This document shows positions 47,635 to 55,730 of a stretch of 64,000 nucleotides of DNA, in pieces. The stretch lies in NCBI GenBank assembly GCA_041650755.1, contig JBAZKN010000001.1, positions 238,886 to 302,885 of the forward strand, written 5' to 3'. The translations under genes were made by a program, and so were the position numbers. The stretch is from Patescibacteria group bacterium. Lineage in GTDB: Bacteria > Patescibacteriota > Patescibacteriia > UBA1558 > GWA2-36-10. Under the pieces are notes generated by a model. That model was not told where the DNA came from and searched no databases. It saw only the letters and a list, made by a program, of their open reading frames with translations. The first letter of the stretch is position 1; each line of letters begins with the position of its first letter.

Positions 47635-47732
47635 AAATATAGACGCAAATAGTACCTAAATATTACACTAATAAAAACAAAAATATGCCAATATAATGAC
47701 TATTATTATAAATTGAATAAATAATTTATCAA

Positions 47733-47760
47733 ATTATAACATTTTAATTTTAATTTGTAA
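47733..47760 (-). promoter_or_regulatory. Putative promoter of the ECF sigma gene: -35 TTACAA, 16-nt spacer, extended -10 TGTTATAAT
   Basis: Minus-strand TGTTATAAT is the RC of plus attataaca at 47733-47741. It lies ~92 nt upstream of the ATG at 47634. Confidence 0.25.
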
Positions 47761-47868
47761 ACCCCGCTAGAGGTGCCCTGTAAAATATAAATGGTAGTTG
47801 ATGGTTTAAATTTATTTTCAAATTGTTTTTTATATTAATTTTGACAACTTTGGCACCTCTAGCGGGGT
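47761..47868. repeat. 17-bp perfect inverted repeat (ACCCCGCTAGAGGTGCC / GGCACCTCTAGCGGGGT) flanking a 74-bp AT-rich spacer
   Basis: Arms at 47761-47777 and 47852-47868. The spacer contains a TTGACA at 47841-47846. It lies in the divergent sigma/HTH intergenic region. Confidence 0.6.
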
Positions 47869-48039
47869 GAACCCATAAAATTGCATATTAAACCCCTACT
47901 TGATAGCTGTCTTTGAGCTTGATTTCTGTACTGCCCATGATTATACCATCCCCATTATATAAAGCAAAAAATACCCAGCACATACCAAAATAAAGCCAAA
48001 AAATGCCCTACTTTAAACATATAAAAGTTATCCACTTTT

Positions 48040-48068
48040 TTGACAAAATATATCGGAAGGTGTAGAAT
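48040..48068 (+). promoter_or_regulatory. Near-consensus sigma70 promoter TTGACA-N17-TAGAAT; the predicted TSS is ~6 nt before the ATG, so the mRNA is essentially leaderless
   Basis: TTGACA at 48040-48045, TAGAAT at 48063-48068, ATG at 48082. Confidence 0.55.
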
Positions 48069-48081
48069 AGTGTATACTTAA

Positions 48082-48381
48082 ATGCAAAAAAATATGGAAA
48101 ATATCCTACGCCTATCAGTGTCTGAAGCAGCTAAGCTATTTGGCGTTTCTTCCAAAACTATACGCCAAGCCATTAAGGATGAGGAGTTAAAATACATTGT
48201 GGTAAAAGGCAGGTACAAAATAAACTTTTCTTCCCTGATTGACTGGTCACAAAAATCTACTCGCCGCGCCAATCTGCTGAAAAACTCCGGCCTGGGTCAA
48301 TATGTGGAGCAGTGGAAAATACGCAACAAAAAATACAGCCCCAGTCCAGAATTATTAAAAGATAAAGAAAAACCCTCCTAA
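48082..48381 (+). CDS. Small helix-turn-helix DNA-binding protein (excisionase/MerR-like HTH_17 type), 99 aa
   Basis: LSVSEAAKLFGVSSKTIRQAIKDEELKYIVVKGRYKI matches the 'excisionase family DNA binding domain' pattern. It is a lone plus-strand gene with a basic C-terminus. Confidence 0.55.
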   Translation: MQKNMENILRLSVSEAAKLFGVSSKTIRQAIKDEELKYIVVKGRYKINFSSLIDWSQKSTRRANLLKNSGLGQYVEQWKIRNKKYSPSPELLKDKEKPS

Positions 48382-48400
48382 ATTAAAGGAAGGTTTTTTT
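48373..48400. terminator. Putative bidirectional intrinsic terminator between the convergent HTH and HtrA-like genes
   Basis: CCCTCC-taaattaaa-GGAAGG (5 of 6 bp) followed by T7. An A-tract lies upstream, which serves the minus strand. Confidence 0.35.
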
Positions 48401-48419
48401 ATTTTAATATAAAATGATA

Positions 48420-49496
48420 TTACGGCTTGATTTCAAGATCCTGCTCTGTGCCTTGGCGATTAATTTTTAAGATAATCTTATCACCCGAGCGATAATTTTG
48501 CAGAATAGATGTTATTGTCCTGTCTTTGGAGATCACATCATTATTGACAGCTATTAGACGATCGCCAGCTTTTAGGCCAGCTTTGGCGGCCAAACTATTG
48601 GCTGTTAAGGGCTTGCCGTTTGGACCATATATCATATTACCTTTTTCTTCAAAGCCGGTATTATTTTCCAAATCAACATAAGCTATGCCCCAAGTCGTGC
48701 GACTGGTATTATTCAATAAATGCTTGACTGCTTGACGCAGATATTCAGACGGTAATAATAAGGTCTCTTGATTCAGTTGGTAGCCCATGCCTATCATATC
48801 GCCTTTAACGTTAAAATATGGGGCAGCCAAAATCCTAGTATTGCTGCCTGAAATCTGCAAATAATAATCAACGTTGTCAGTAGATAAATAAGGCGTCAAA
48901 GTATAGTGGGTACTAGCCACCAAAGCCGATTGAAAAGAATGGCCCAGGCTATTGGGAATATCTAGGTTGGTATATACTCTCTCACCGGGTTTAAGACCAT
49001 CAGCCAAAGGAAAATTGACAGGCTGCAAACCACTGGCCTCAATTTTTATAAAAACTGCGCCGGAAAATTTATCAACCCGAGTAGCTTTGACGTCGTAAGA
49101 CTCGCCGGCCAATAGCACCACCTCCTTACTGCCATCAATCACCTGATTAGTGGTCATCAGCCAACCATCTGAGGTCACAACCACTGCTGAACCTAAAAAA
49201 TCATTATTGGTATAGAGCGGTTCGCCTACCCCGGCTATGACTTTACTAGATCGATAAATGCCGGCAATACTTTTTTGATTGTTATCAGCCAAGTTTACTA
49301 AGGGCTGTTCGAGATTTATCTTTAAATCCGGCTGATTATTAAAAAAATTAAATTGAGTTGGCAAAAAAGTCCTACCCAATAAATACCCGCCCAAGCCAGC
49401 TACCAAACCAAAAAATATCGCCAATAATGAAAGGTTAAATAATGATGGTGGCCGATCAGTAGTTGGTCGGACAAAGTGTTCTCGCCTGTCTGACAT
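48420..49496 (-). CDS. HtrA/DegP-like PDZ-domain protein with apparently degenerate catalytic triad (pseudoprotease)
   Basis: N-terminal TM segment, a trypsin-fold region and a C-terminal PDZ domain (AGLKAGDRLIAVNNDVI). Aligned to the DegP motifs, TNNHVV reads TTNQVI (His to Gln), DIALIQI reads GAVFIKI (Asp to Gly), and GNSGGAL reads GSNTRIL (Ser to Asn). Confidence 0.6.
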   Translation of the reverse strand: MSDRREHFVRPTTDRPPSLFNLSLLAIFFGLVAGLGGYLLGRTFLPTQFNFFNNQPDLKINLEQPLVNLADNNQKSIAGIYRSSKVIAGVGEPLYTNNDFLGSAVVVTSDGWLMTTNQVIDGSKEVVLLAGESYDVKATRVDKFSGAVFIKIEASGLQPVNFPLADGLKPGERVYTNLDIPNSLGHSFQSALVASTHYTLTPYLSTDNVDYYLQISGSNTRILAAPYFNVKGDMIGMGYQLNQETLLLPSEYLRQAVKHLLNNTSRTTWGIAYVDLENNTGFEEKGNMIYGPNGKPLTANSLAAKAGLKAGDRLIAVNNDVISKDRTITSILQNYRSGDKIILKINRQGTEQDLEIKP

Positions 49497-49507
49497 AATT
49501 TTTTTAA

Positions 49508-50236
49508 TTATAAATTAAATAAAGAAGTAGCTAGTAGTACAATATTGGCTAGCATAAATAAGGTCAAAGACCCCAAAAAATGCGGCCCAGCTTCTACTAT
49601 ACTATCGGAAATAAAGAAAAACCACAAGCTAAGTAGGGCCCCGGCTACATAAAAATTCACTGGCAAAAAATATATGACAAGCACCAGCTGGAGCATGATA
49701 AAAAATAAAAGCAGCATATTGAGCCAGCGAGTATGCCAAGGCCCGGTCGACAAATCATAGCCCGATAATAATACAACCAGCAATAAAACCGCCGCGGAAT
49801 AATACATAGGTAAACCGACAAAAATAACTAGAGCATAGGCGCTACTAGATAAGAGCCAAAAATTGAAATAATACCAAAACCTCCTAAAGACAAGATAATC
49901 TTTTGATTGCCAGAGTAAGACATTACGAGAATATCTGATCACCAGAAACCAAACGGCCGACCAAAGGGCAGAAAAAACAAAAGCCAAAATATAGCGCCAA
50001 TGTTCGGTTTTTAGCAGCAGTAAAAATAAAAATTGCCCAAAATAACACCATAAAAAATTTAGCCACATACCCTTTAGTGACCACCACTGGCTTTTAGCTA
50101 TAAAACGACCAGTCAAAATAATCAATATAGCAGAAACAATGGCTATAATGCCAACGCCGCGTTGATAATAAAAAAACCACCACCACGAGGCTAAAAACCA
50201 AATCGAACTAATAAATGGCAATAAAACCTTAAACAT
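49508..50236 (-). CDS. Polytopic Trp-rich membrane protein, unknown function
   Basis: 242 aa with ~7 TMs. No recognisable motif. Confidence 0.45.
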   Translation of the reverse strand: MFKVLLPFISSIWFLASWWWFFYYQRGVGIIAIVSAILIILTGRFIAKSQWWSLKGMWLNFLWCYFGQFLFLLLLKTEHWRYILAFVFSALWSAVWFLVIRYSRNVLLWQSKDYLVFRRFWYYFNFWLLSSSAYALVIFVGLPMYYSAAVLLLVVLLSGYDLSTGPWHTRWLNMLLLFFIMLQLVLVIYFLPVNFYVAGALLSLWFFFISDSIVEAGPHFLGSLTLFMLANIVLLATSLFNL

Positions 50237-50642
50237 CTTCAGCTAATATATTTTCTAATCTTTTTATCTCCGAATCTAGAGCTGGCATTTTTTCATCAGC
50301 TCTTTGCAAAAAATCACTAATCTGATTTTTGAGATCAGGATTCTTTGTTTTTAAATACTCCTGCCAAACATCAAAAGCTAAAAATAAATTCATGTGAGCA
50401 TCACCGACCGATTTATCGTGACTTTTTAAATATAGCAGTTTATCGTGAATATTGGCAATGTCTCGAGCTTGATATGTTTCAGTAACCGAACCCAACCAAG
50501 GCGACACAGTCTCAAGATACTCTCGTTCGTTGTTAATAATTTTTGTTTGATTGTGTAAATTATAAAATAAAATTAAAAAAATGGCTAATGTTAGCAAAAA
50601 AATAACAATAAACCACTTATTTTTCGCTAAAAATTCTTTCAT
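50229..50642 (-). CDS. Small membrane-anchored protein, unknown function
   Basis: N-terminal TM segment WFIVIFLLTLAIFLILFY, then a soluble helical domain. Confidence 0.4.
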   Translation of the reverse strand: MKEFLAKNKWFIVIFLLTLAIFLILFYNLHNQTKIINNEREYLETVSPWLGSVTETYQARDIANIHDKLLYLKSHDKSVGDAHMNLFLAFDVWQEYLKTKNPDLKNQISDFLQRADEKMPALDSEIKRLENILAEDV

Positions 50643-50645
50643 ATT

Positions 50646-50966
50646 CTATTTGAAAAAACCTGTCCCCTCTACTTTTAACCAATCGTCTCTATCCTCTGAC
50701 CATTGATAAACCTCTAGATGATGCACTTTGACTTCCGGATCATAAATATACTCGACTTTGACACCAGAGCCTATGCGATTTGAATATTGGGTTTTCTTAC
50801 CTAAGACTTTTGCTTGACTAAGTAGCTTTATTTTAATCTTGCCCATCGGCCCCACAAACTCAAGCACTTCGCTGGTACCAGAGTCAAGCTCTTCTTGATA
50901 TTCAGCTAAAACTGAAAATTTACTTTTAATTTCTGACTTTAAATCTGACCAACGTTCTGGTGTCAT
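50646..50966 (-). CDS. Hypothetical small protein (106 aa)
   Basis: ORF tightly packed in the operon (3-nt and 6-nt gaps). No motif recognised. Confidence 0.4.
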   Translation of the reverse strand: MTPERWSDLKSEIKSKFSVLAEYQEELDSGTSEVLEFVGPMGKIKIKLLSQAKVLGKKTQYSNRIGSGVKVEYIYDPEVKVHHLEVYQWSEDRDDWLKVEGTGFFK

Positions 50967-50972
50967 AAAAAA

Positions 50973-51500
50973 CTAAATGTTTTTAAATATTACTTTGTCG
51001 CCGGCCTTAATCCCCAAGGCATCAATGGTGCCGCTACCAAACTCCAGAACTTTGTCGACTGCCACCGGTGAACTATAGCGCAATAGCTGATCATCACTAA
51101 TACCAGCTGCCGGTGCCGGCATATTTTTTTCAAAAGCTACTATGCTGTCATCCTTGATCCAGAGCAAATCAACATTAAATTTCATGTCTTTCATCCAAAA
51201 AGTCAAAATTTGGTAACCAGCATAAACAAACAGCATGCCGCTATCTTCTGCTAAATCAGCCTGGCTAGATAGACCCTCGCGCTGTAAAGCCGGCTCATTG
51301 GCCACCACTACTTTAAAAACTTTATCTTTGATTATTACCTGCGGCTCGATAACAGAGTTCTCGGCTGGCTGGACAACTATTGAATTGGTCTGATTGGCTA
51401 TAAAATTTGGCTTAGGCCATGGCCGTGAAGCCAAATACCAGGCAAGCAGCACTAAAGCAACTATCAATACGATTAGCCAAAAAATTTTATTTTTAAACAT
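50973..51500 (-). CDS. DUF192-family protein (COG1430-like), N-terminal signal anchor
   Basis: GLSSQADLAEDSGMLFVY...FWMKDMKFNVDLLWI...IVAF resembles the DUF192 core. Confidence 0.55.
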   Translation of the reverse strand: MFKNKIFWLIVLIVALVLLAWYLASRPWPKPNFIANQTNSIVVQPAENSVIEPQVIIKDKVFKVVVANEPALQREGLSSQADLAEDSGMLFVYAGYQILTFWMKDMKFNVDLLWIKDDSIVAFEKNMPAPAAGISDDQLLRYSSPVAVDKVLEFGSGTIDALGIKAGDKVIFKNI

Positions 51501-52551
51501 AGTTTTTATTTTTTAATTTATAATTCAGCCATAAACTAATGGCCAACATAATTATTATTAATAAAACCAAAGCGCTCAATTTGGCTCTAGTAGTCACAAA
51601 TAAAGACACCAAACCAAAAGCTAAACTAATAAAACTAAGCAGCAACACTGCTTGATATTGTTTTAGGCCGGCTGACAACAAACGAAAATGCAAATGTTCT
51701 TGGTCACCCTGCCACCATGGTTTATGTTTTATCAAGCGGCGGATAATCACAATCAAAATATCCAAAACTGGCAAGCCCATCACTAGTAAGGCGGTAGCAA
51801 TCTTGCTGCCAGAAATAATGGCCAATACCCCCAAAGTAAAACCAATCAATGTGCTGCCACCTTCACCTAAAAAAATTTTGGCTGGCTGCCAATTCCAAAA
51901 CAAAAACCCAGCCAAAACTCCAGCCAAACTTATGGCCAACCAAGAAGTGGTGGACCCAACCACATCCCAAGATAAACTGACCAAAAATATAACTATACTG
52001 GCTACTAGACCGATACTGGTGGCTAGGCCATCTAAACCATCTAATAATTTAGTAGTGTAGGTCATGCCTAAAAGCCAAACAAATGTCAAAATTATACTAA
52101 AAAAACCTCCCCACCAATGATCAAGATACAAAACCCCTCCGCCTGGGTTGGTAATATAAGAAACCTTTAGGCCGGCCAACATAAGCACCATAATAGCTAA
52201 AATTGGCCCCCAAATGCTCCATTTGGCTGGTAAATGCCATTTATCATCGGCTAGGCCGGCTAGCACTAATAATAGCCCCCCCAGCAAAAACCAGACCAAT
52301 AAATCAGTATTTACCCTAGTGTCAATAAGGCTATTATTTAACCATAAAAAAATAACCACCAGCAGCCAAGATAAATAAATAGCTATGCCCCCAGCCAAAG
52401 GTAGGGCTTGAGTGTGTATTTTTCTGGCTGCCAGCTCAGGGCGATCAACTATCTGATACTTACTAGCAAAAATCATGACCAGCTTTGTCAAAACCAAGGC
52501 CAGAACAAAGGCTAGACAAAATACAAAAATAATTTTACTATAATCCAACAT
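51493..52551 (-). CDS. GT4-family polyprenyl-phosphate N-acetylhexosamine-1-phosphate transferase (WecA/TagO/MraY-like)
   Basis: 10-11 TMs. Motifs LAGLADDKWHL and TKLLDGLDGLATSIG (DGxDGL). Confidence 0.75.
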   Translation of the reverse strand: MLDYSKIIFVFCLAFVLALVLTKLVMIFASKYQIVDRPELAARKIHTQALPLAGGIAIYLSWLLVVIFLWLNNSLIDTRVNTDLLVWFLLGGLLLVLAGLADDKWHLPAKWSIWGPILAIMVLMLAGLKVSYITNPGGGVLYLDHWWGGFFSIILTFVWLLGMTYTTKLLDGLDGLATSIGLVASIVIFLVSLSWDVVGSTTSWLAISLAGVLAGFLFWNWQPAKIFLGEGGSTLIGFTLGVLAIISGSKIATALLVMGLPVLDILIVIIRRLIKHKPWWQGDQEHLHFRLLSAGLKQYQAVLLLSFISLAFGLVSLFVTTRAKLSALVLLIIIMLAISLWLNYKLKNKNYV

Positions 52552-52939
52552 TATTTTTTTGCAAATAAGTATCTAGAATAGCTGTTGCTGAGTGCTTATC
52601 TAAATCTTGCTTAATCCCCTGGCGACTATAAAGTTGCGAAGTAAATTGCTCATCTACTGCCTCCACTGGAATATTTAGATGTTTTTTTAACTGTTCAATA
52701 AAATTTTTGGTGATGGATAAGCGTTCATTAATATTACCAGACAAGCTATGAGGCAGACCAACTACTACTGCCTTAATATCTTCTTCACCAATAATTTGTT
52801 CTAATTCGGCAAATAAACTTTGGCCGGAATTAGTCATGATCTTAAAAGGCACTGCAATGCTGCCAACATTAGCCAAAGCTAAACCCAAACGCTTGTCGCC
52901 ATAATCTATGCCTAAAATTTTGTCGCCCTTATTCAACAT
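52538..52939 (-). CDS. yqgF: YqgF/RuvX-like putative Holliday junction resolvase / pre-16S rRNA nuclease
   Basis: ILGIDYGDKRLGLALAN...AVVVGLP is an RNase H-like fold motif. Confidence 0.8.
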   Translation of the reverse strand: MLNKGDKILGIDYGDKRLGLALANVGSIAVPFKIMTNSGQSLFAELEQIIGEEDIKAVVVGLPHSLSGNINERLSITKNFIEQLKKHLNIPVEAVDEQFTSQLYSRQGIKQDLDKHSATAILDTYLQKNNVGL

Positions 52940-52940
52940 T

Positions 52941-53687
52941 TTATTCAGTCAAAATTAAATAGCCATCATCTGTGACAGCCACAGTATGCTCAAAATGGGC
53001 GGTCAAACTATGATTATATGATTGGACAGCCCAACCATCTTCGGCTACTATAACCCGATCGTCATTACTGGCAATGATCATTGGCTCAATGGCAATTACT
53101 AGCCCGGGAAACATTTTATCCATTTTGAAGCCCGGATCATAATTTGGCACCATAGGATCTTCATGAATTTGGCGACCGACGCCATGGCCAGCCAAATCTT
53201 TGACAATGCCAAAACCAAATGGTTTGATAAACTTAGCTATGGCCCGGCCTATATCGCCGATATAATTATCCGGACCGACCTGGCCAATACCTATAGTCAA
53301 GGCCTGTTGGGTAACTTTTAATAATGTCTTGGCTTCAGGGCTTATTTTGCCCACTCCCACAGTGGTAGCCATATCGGTATATAGACCCTTATACTTCATG
53401 CCAATATCCAAACCAACAATATCGCCCCCCTGAAATTGTGTGTCATCAGGTAAACCATGCACTACGGTGTTATTCAACGAAACACATAAAGTATAGGGAA
53501 AGCCGCGATAATTCTTAAAAGCTGGCTGGCCGCCGGCTTTTTGAATCAAATCAGAGGCCAACCTATCCAAAGTTATACCAGTAGTACCAGGTTTCACCGC
53601 CGCTGCCAATTGCTCCAAAATCAAAGCCAACTTATGGCCGCCTTCTTTTAAGATCAAAATTTCTTGGTCTGTTTTTTTATCCAACAT
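52941..53687 (-). CDS. map: Methionine aminopeptidase, type I
   Basis: Pita-bread fold metal ligands: ...DIVGLDIG...GHGVGRQIHEDP... Confidence 0.9.
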   Translation of the reverse strand: MLDKKTDQEILILKEGGHKLALILEQLAAAVKPGTTGITLDRLASDLIQKAGGQPAFKNYRGFPYTLCVSLNNTVVHGLPDDTQFQGGDIVGLDIGMKYKGLYTDMATTVGVGKISPEAKTLLKVTQQALTIGIGQVGPDNYIGDIGRAIAKFIKPFGFGIVKDLAGHGVGRQIHEDPMVPNYDPGFKMDKMFPGLVIAIEPMIIASNDDRVIVAEDGWAVQSYNHSLTAHFEHTVAVTDDGYLILTE

Positions 53688-54330
53688 TTTCTTTTAAATA
53701 GGCTAAAATCCTTTCACTTACTTGGGGTATGCTGCCAGTGCCATCAAAGACAACCAGCTTGTGCTGCTGATCATAATAAGATAATAGTTTACTGGTCTCC
53801 TGACGATAAATCGCCAGTCTCTTTTTGACTAGCTCAGGCTTATCATCTTCACGGTAAAATAAGGCCTGATGGCAAATATCACAGAGTTCTTCTTTGAGAG
53901 ACTTTTTATGCTCAATGTGCCAAACGTGGCCATTGGGGCAAATACGCCTGCCGGATATCCTCTCAATAGCCGTCTCATCCGGAATCTCGATATTAAAAAC
54001 CTTATCGATTAAATAATGCCGATCAAGATTGGCAGCTTGGTTTAAATTTCTAGGAAAGCCGTCCAAAATAAAGCCACCTCCATATTGATCTTGCTGAAGC
54101 TGCGTTAAAAATAAATCTATCATCAGAGCATCGGGTATTAGCTCGCCTTTATTTACAAAATTAGCCAAGCGGTTTCCCAGATCTGTTTTTTGACTGATAG
54201 CCTTACGCAAAAGGTCGCCGCTGGCTAGAATCGGAACATGCAAAAAATCGGCAATTACTTTGTCTTGAGTGCTTTTACCTGACCCTTGAGGCCCCAGCAA
54301 AATAATCTTTTTTAGGCTAGTCTTTGCCAT
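53677..54330 (-). CDS. adk: Adenylate kinase with zinc-binding lid
   Basis: P-loop ILLGPQGSGKSTQ. Lid cysteines CPNGHVWH...CDIC. Confidence 0.9.
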   Translation of the reverse strand: MAKTSLKKIILLGPQGSGKSTQDKVIADFLHVPILASGDLLRKAISQKTDLGNRLANFVNKGELIPDALMIDLFLTQLQQDQYGGGFILDGFPRNLNQAANLDRHYLIDKVFNIEIPDETAIERISGRRICPNGHVWHIEHKKSLKEELCDICHQALFYREDDKPELVKKRLAIYRQETSKLLSYYDQQHKLVVFDGTGSIPQVSERILAYLKENVG

Positions 54331-54400
54331 AATTTAGTATTATTTTATCTAATGACTATCAAATTATATCAAAATAAAACATTTTACTCAATTTTGCCCT

Positions 54401-54429
54401 AAAAAAATCAAGCCCCTGAAAAAGGGGCT
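54401..54429 (-). terminator. Intrinsic terminator between secY and adk
   Basis: AGCCCCT-gaaaa-AGGGGCT hairpin at 54411-54429. On the minus strand it is followed by TGATTTTTTTAGGG. It starts 15 nt after the secY stop. Confidence 0.5.
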
Positions 54430-54443
54430 GATATTATATATTT

Positions 54444-55721
54444 TTAGAAGCCTTCATAATCCCGCATAATCAGCTGGGCATCTATTTGTTTAATAGTTTC
54501 TATTACCACCGACACTACGATCAATAATCCGGTACCGCCCAAAGCAACCGTACTAATGCCAGTCAATGGACTGCTAATAATAGGCAAAATAGCAACTATG
54601 CCCAAAAATATAGCGCCAGCCAAAACTACTCTGTTCATCACCAAATTAAGATAATCAGCTGTTGGCCGGCCAGGGCGAATACCGGGTATGAAGCCACCCT
54701 GCTTTTGCAAATTTTCCGCAATCTGCTGCGGCTTGAAAATCACGGCTGTATAAAAATAAGTGAACAGGAAAACTAAAACAAAATAACTAATGGCATAAAT
54801 AGTCTGGTCCTTAAAAACATCAATGGTCCATTGGGCAACATGGGCCATCCAAGCCACCTGCGATCTGATAAAAAATTGAGCAACCATCGGCGGCACCAAA
54901 ATCACGGAAATGGCAAAGATAATGGGGATCACGCCAGCCTGATTGACGCGTAATGGCAAGTGAGTAGTCACTCCGCCAACGCTTCTGGAGCCAACCATGT
55001 GTCGAGCATAAGACACTGGTATGTTTCTCTGACCTTCGGTCATCAACACTACGCCGGCGATAGTAATCAAGGCCACAGCGGTAAAAATAATCAAATTCAA
55101 AACCATGGTGCTATCAAAGGCCAGCAGGGTATTACGGATAGAGCTTGGCACTCTGGCCACAATACCAGCAAAGATAATCAAAGAAACGCCGTTGCCGATA
55201 TGTTTTTCAGTAATCAATTCGCCTATCCACATCAAAAACATAGTACCGCCAGTGATAATCACCATGGTGGTCAGCAATTGAAAAGTAGACATGCCGGACA
55301 ATAGGGCACCGCCGGTTTGATTTGACAATATTTTTAAATAGCCATAAGCCTGAATAAAAGACAATGGCACCGTCAAAATCCTGGTATATTGATTGATCTT
55401 CTGCTGGCCATACTCCCCTTCTTTTGACAAAGATTCTAAACTGGGGATTATCATCACTAAAAGTTGGAAAATAATAGAAGCAGTGATATATGGACCAACA
55501 CCCAACATGATTATAGAAAAATTCTGCAAAGCTCCGCCAGAAAACAAGTTTAATAAGCCCAAGGCTTGATTACTGGCCAAATAGTCTTTGAGCTCTACTA
55601 TATTGATGCCCGGAATAGGGATATGAGCAGCAATTCGATAGACAATCAGTAAAGCCAAAACATAGCCGATGCTATTACGAACATCTTTGGCTTTCCATAA
55701 TTGTTTTAATTTTTCTAGCAT
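54444..55721 (-). CDS. secY: Preprotein translocase subunit SecY
   Basis: 425 aa with 10 TMs, in the conserved position after L15. Confidence 0.9.
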   Translation of the reverse strand: MLEKLKQLWKAKDVRNSIGYVLALLIVYRIAAHIPIPGINIVELKDYLASNQALGLLNLFSGGALQNFSIIMLGVGPYITASIIFQLLVMIIPSLESLSKEGEYGQQKINQYTRILTVPLSFIQAYGYLKILSNQTGGALLSGMSTFQLLTTMVIITGGTMFLMWIGELITEKHIGNGVSLIIFAGIVARVPSSIRNTLLAFDSTMVLNLIIFTAVALITIAGVVLMTEGQRNIPVSYARHMVGSRSVGGVTTHLPLRVNQAGVIPIIFAISVILVPPMVAQFFIRSQVAWMAHVAQWTIDVFKDQTIYAISYFVLVFLFTYFYTAVIFKPQQIAENLQKQGGFIPGIRPGRPTADYLNLVMNRVVLAGAIFLGIVAILPIISSPLTGISTVALGGTGLLIVVSVVIETIKQIDAQLIMRDYEGF

Positions 55722-55730
55722 ATAATTTGG

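Noticed and set aside
47761-47868. The 17-bp inverted repeat as a rho-independent terminator
   Set aside because: The 74-nt loop is far too large and no U-tract follows either arm. Operator, MITE or a structured RNA are more plausible.
47761-47868. The 17-bp inverted repeat as a confirmed MITE or IS element
   Set aside because: No flanking target-site duplication, no second copy in this window, and no transposase ORF nearby. Kept as a possibility only.
47635-48081. tRNA or small ncRNA in the 447-nt divergent spacer
   Set aside because: No cloverleaf-compatible acceptor/T-arm combination (no GTTCRANYC box). The region is ~20% GC apart from the inverted repeat.
51493-52551. Calling this gene mraY of the dcw cell-wall cluster
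   Set aside because: No murE/murD/ftsW/murG neighbours. Context (yqgF, envelope genes) fits a WecA/TagO-like GT4 enzyme better, though the two are hard to separate by eye.
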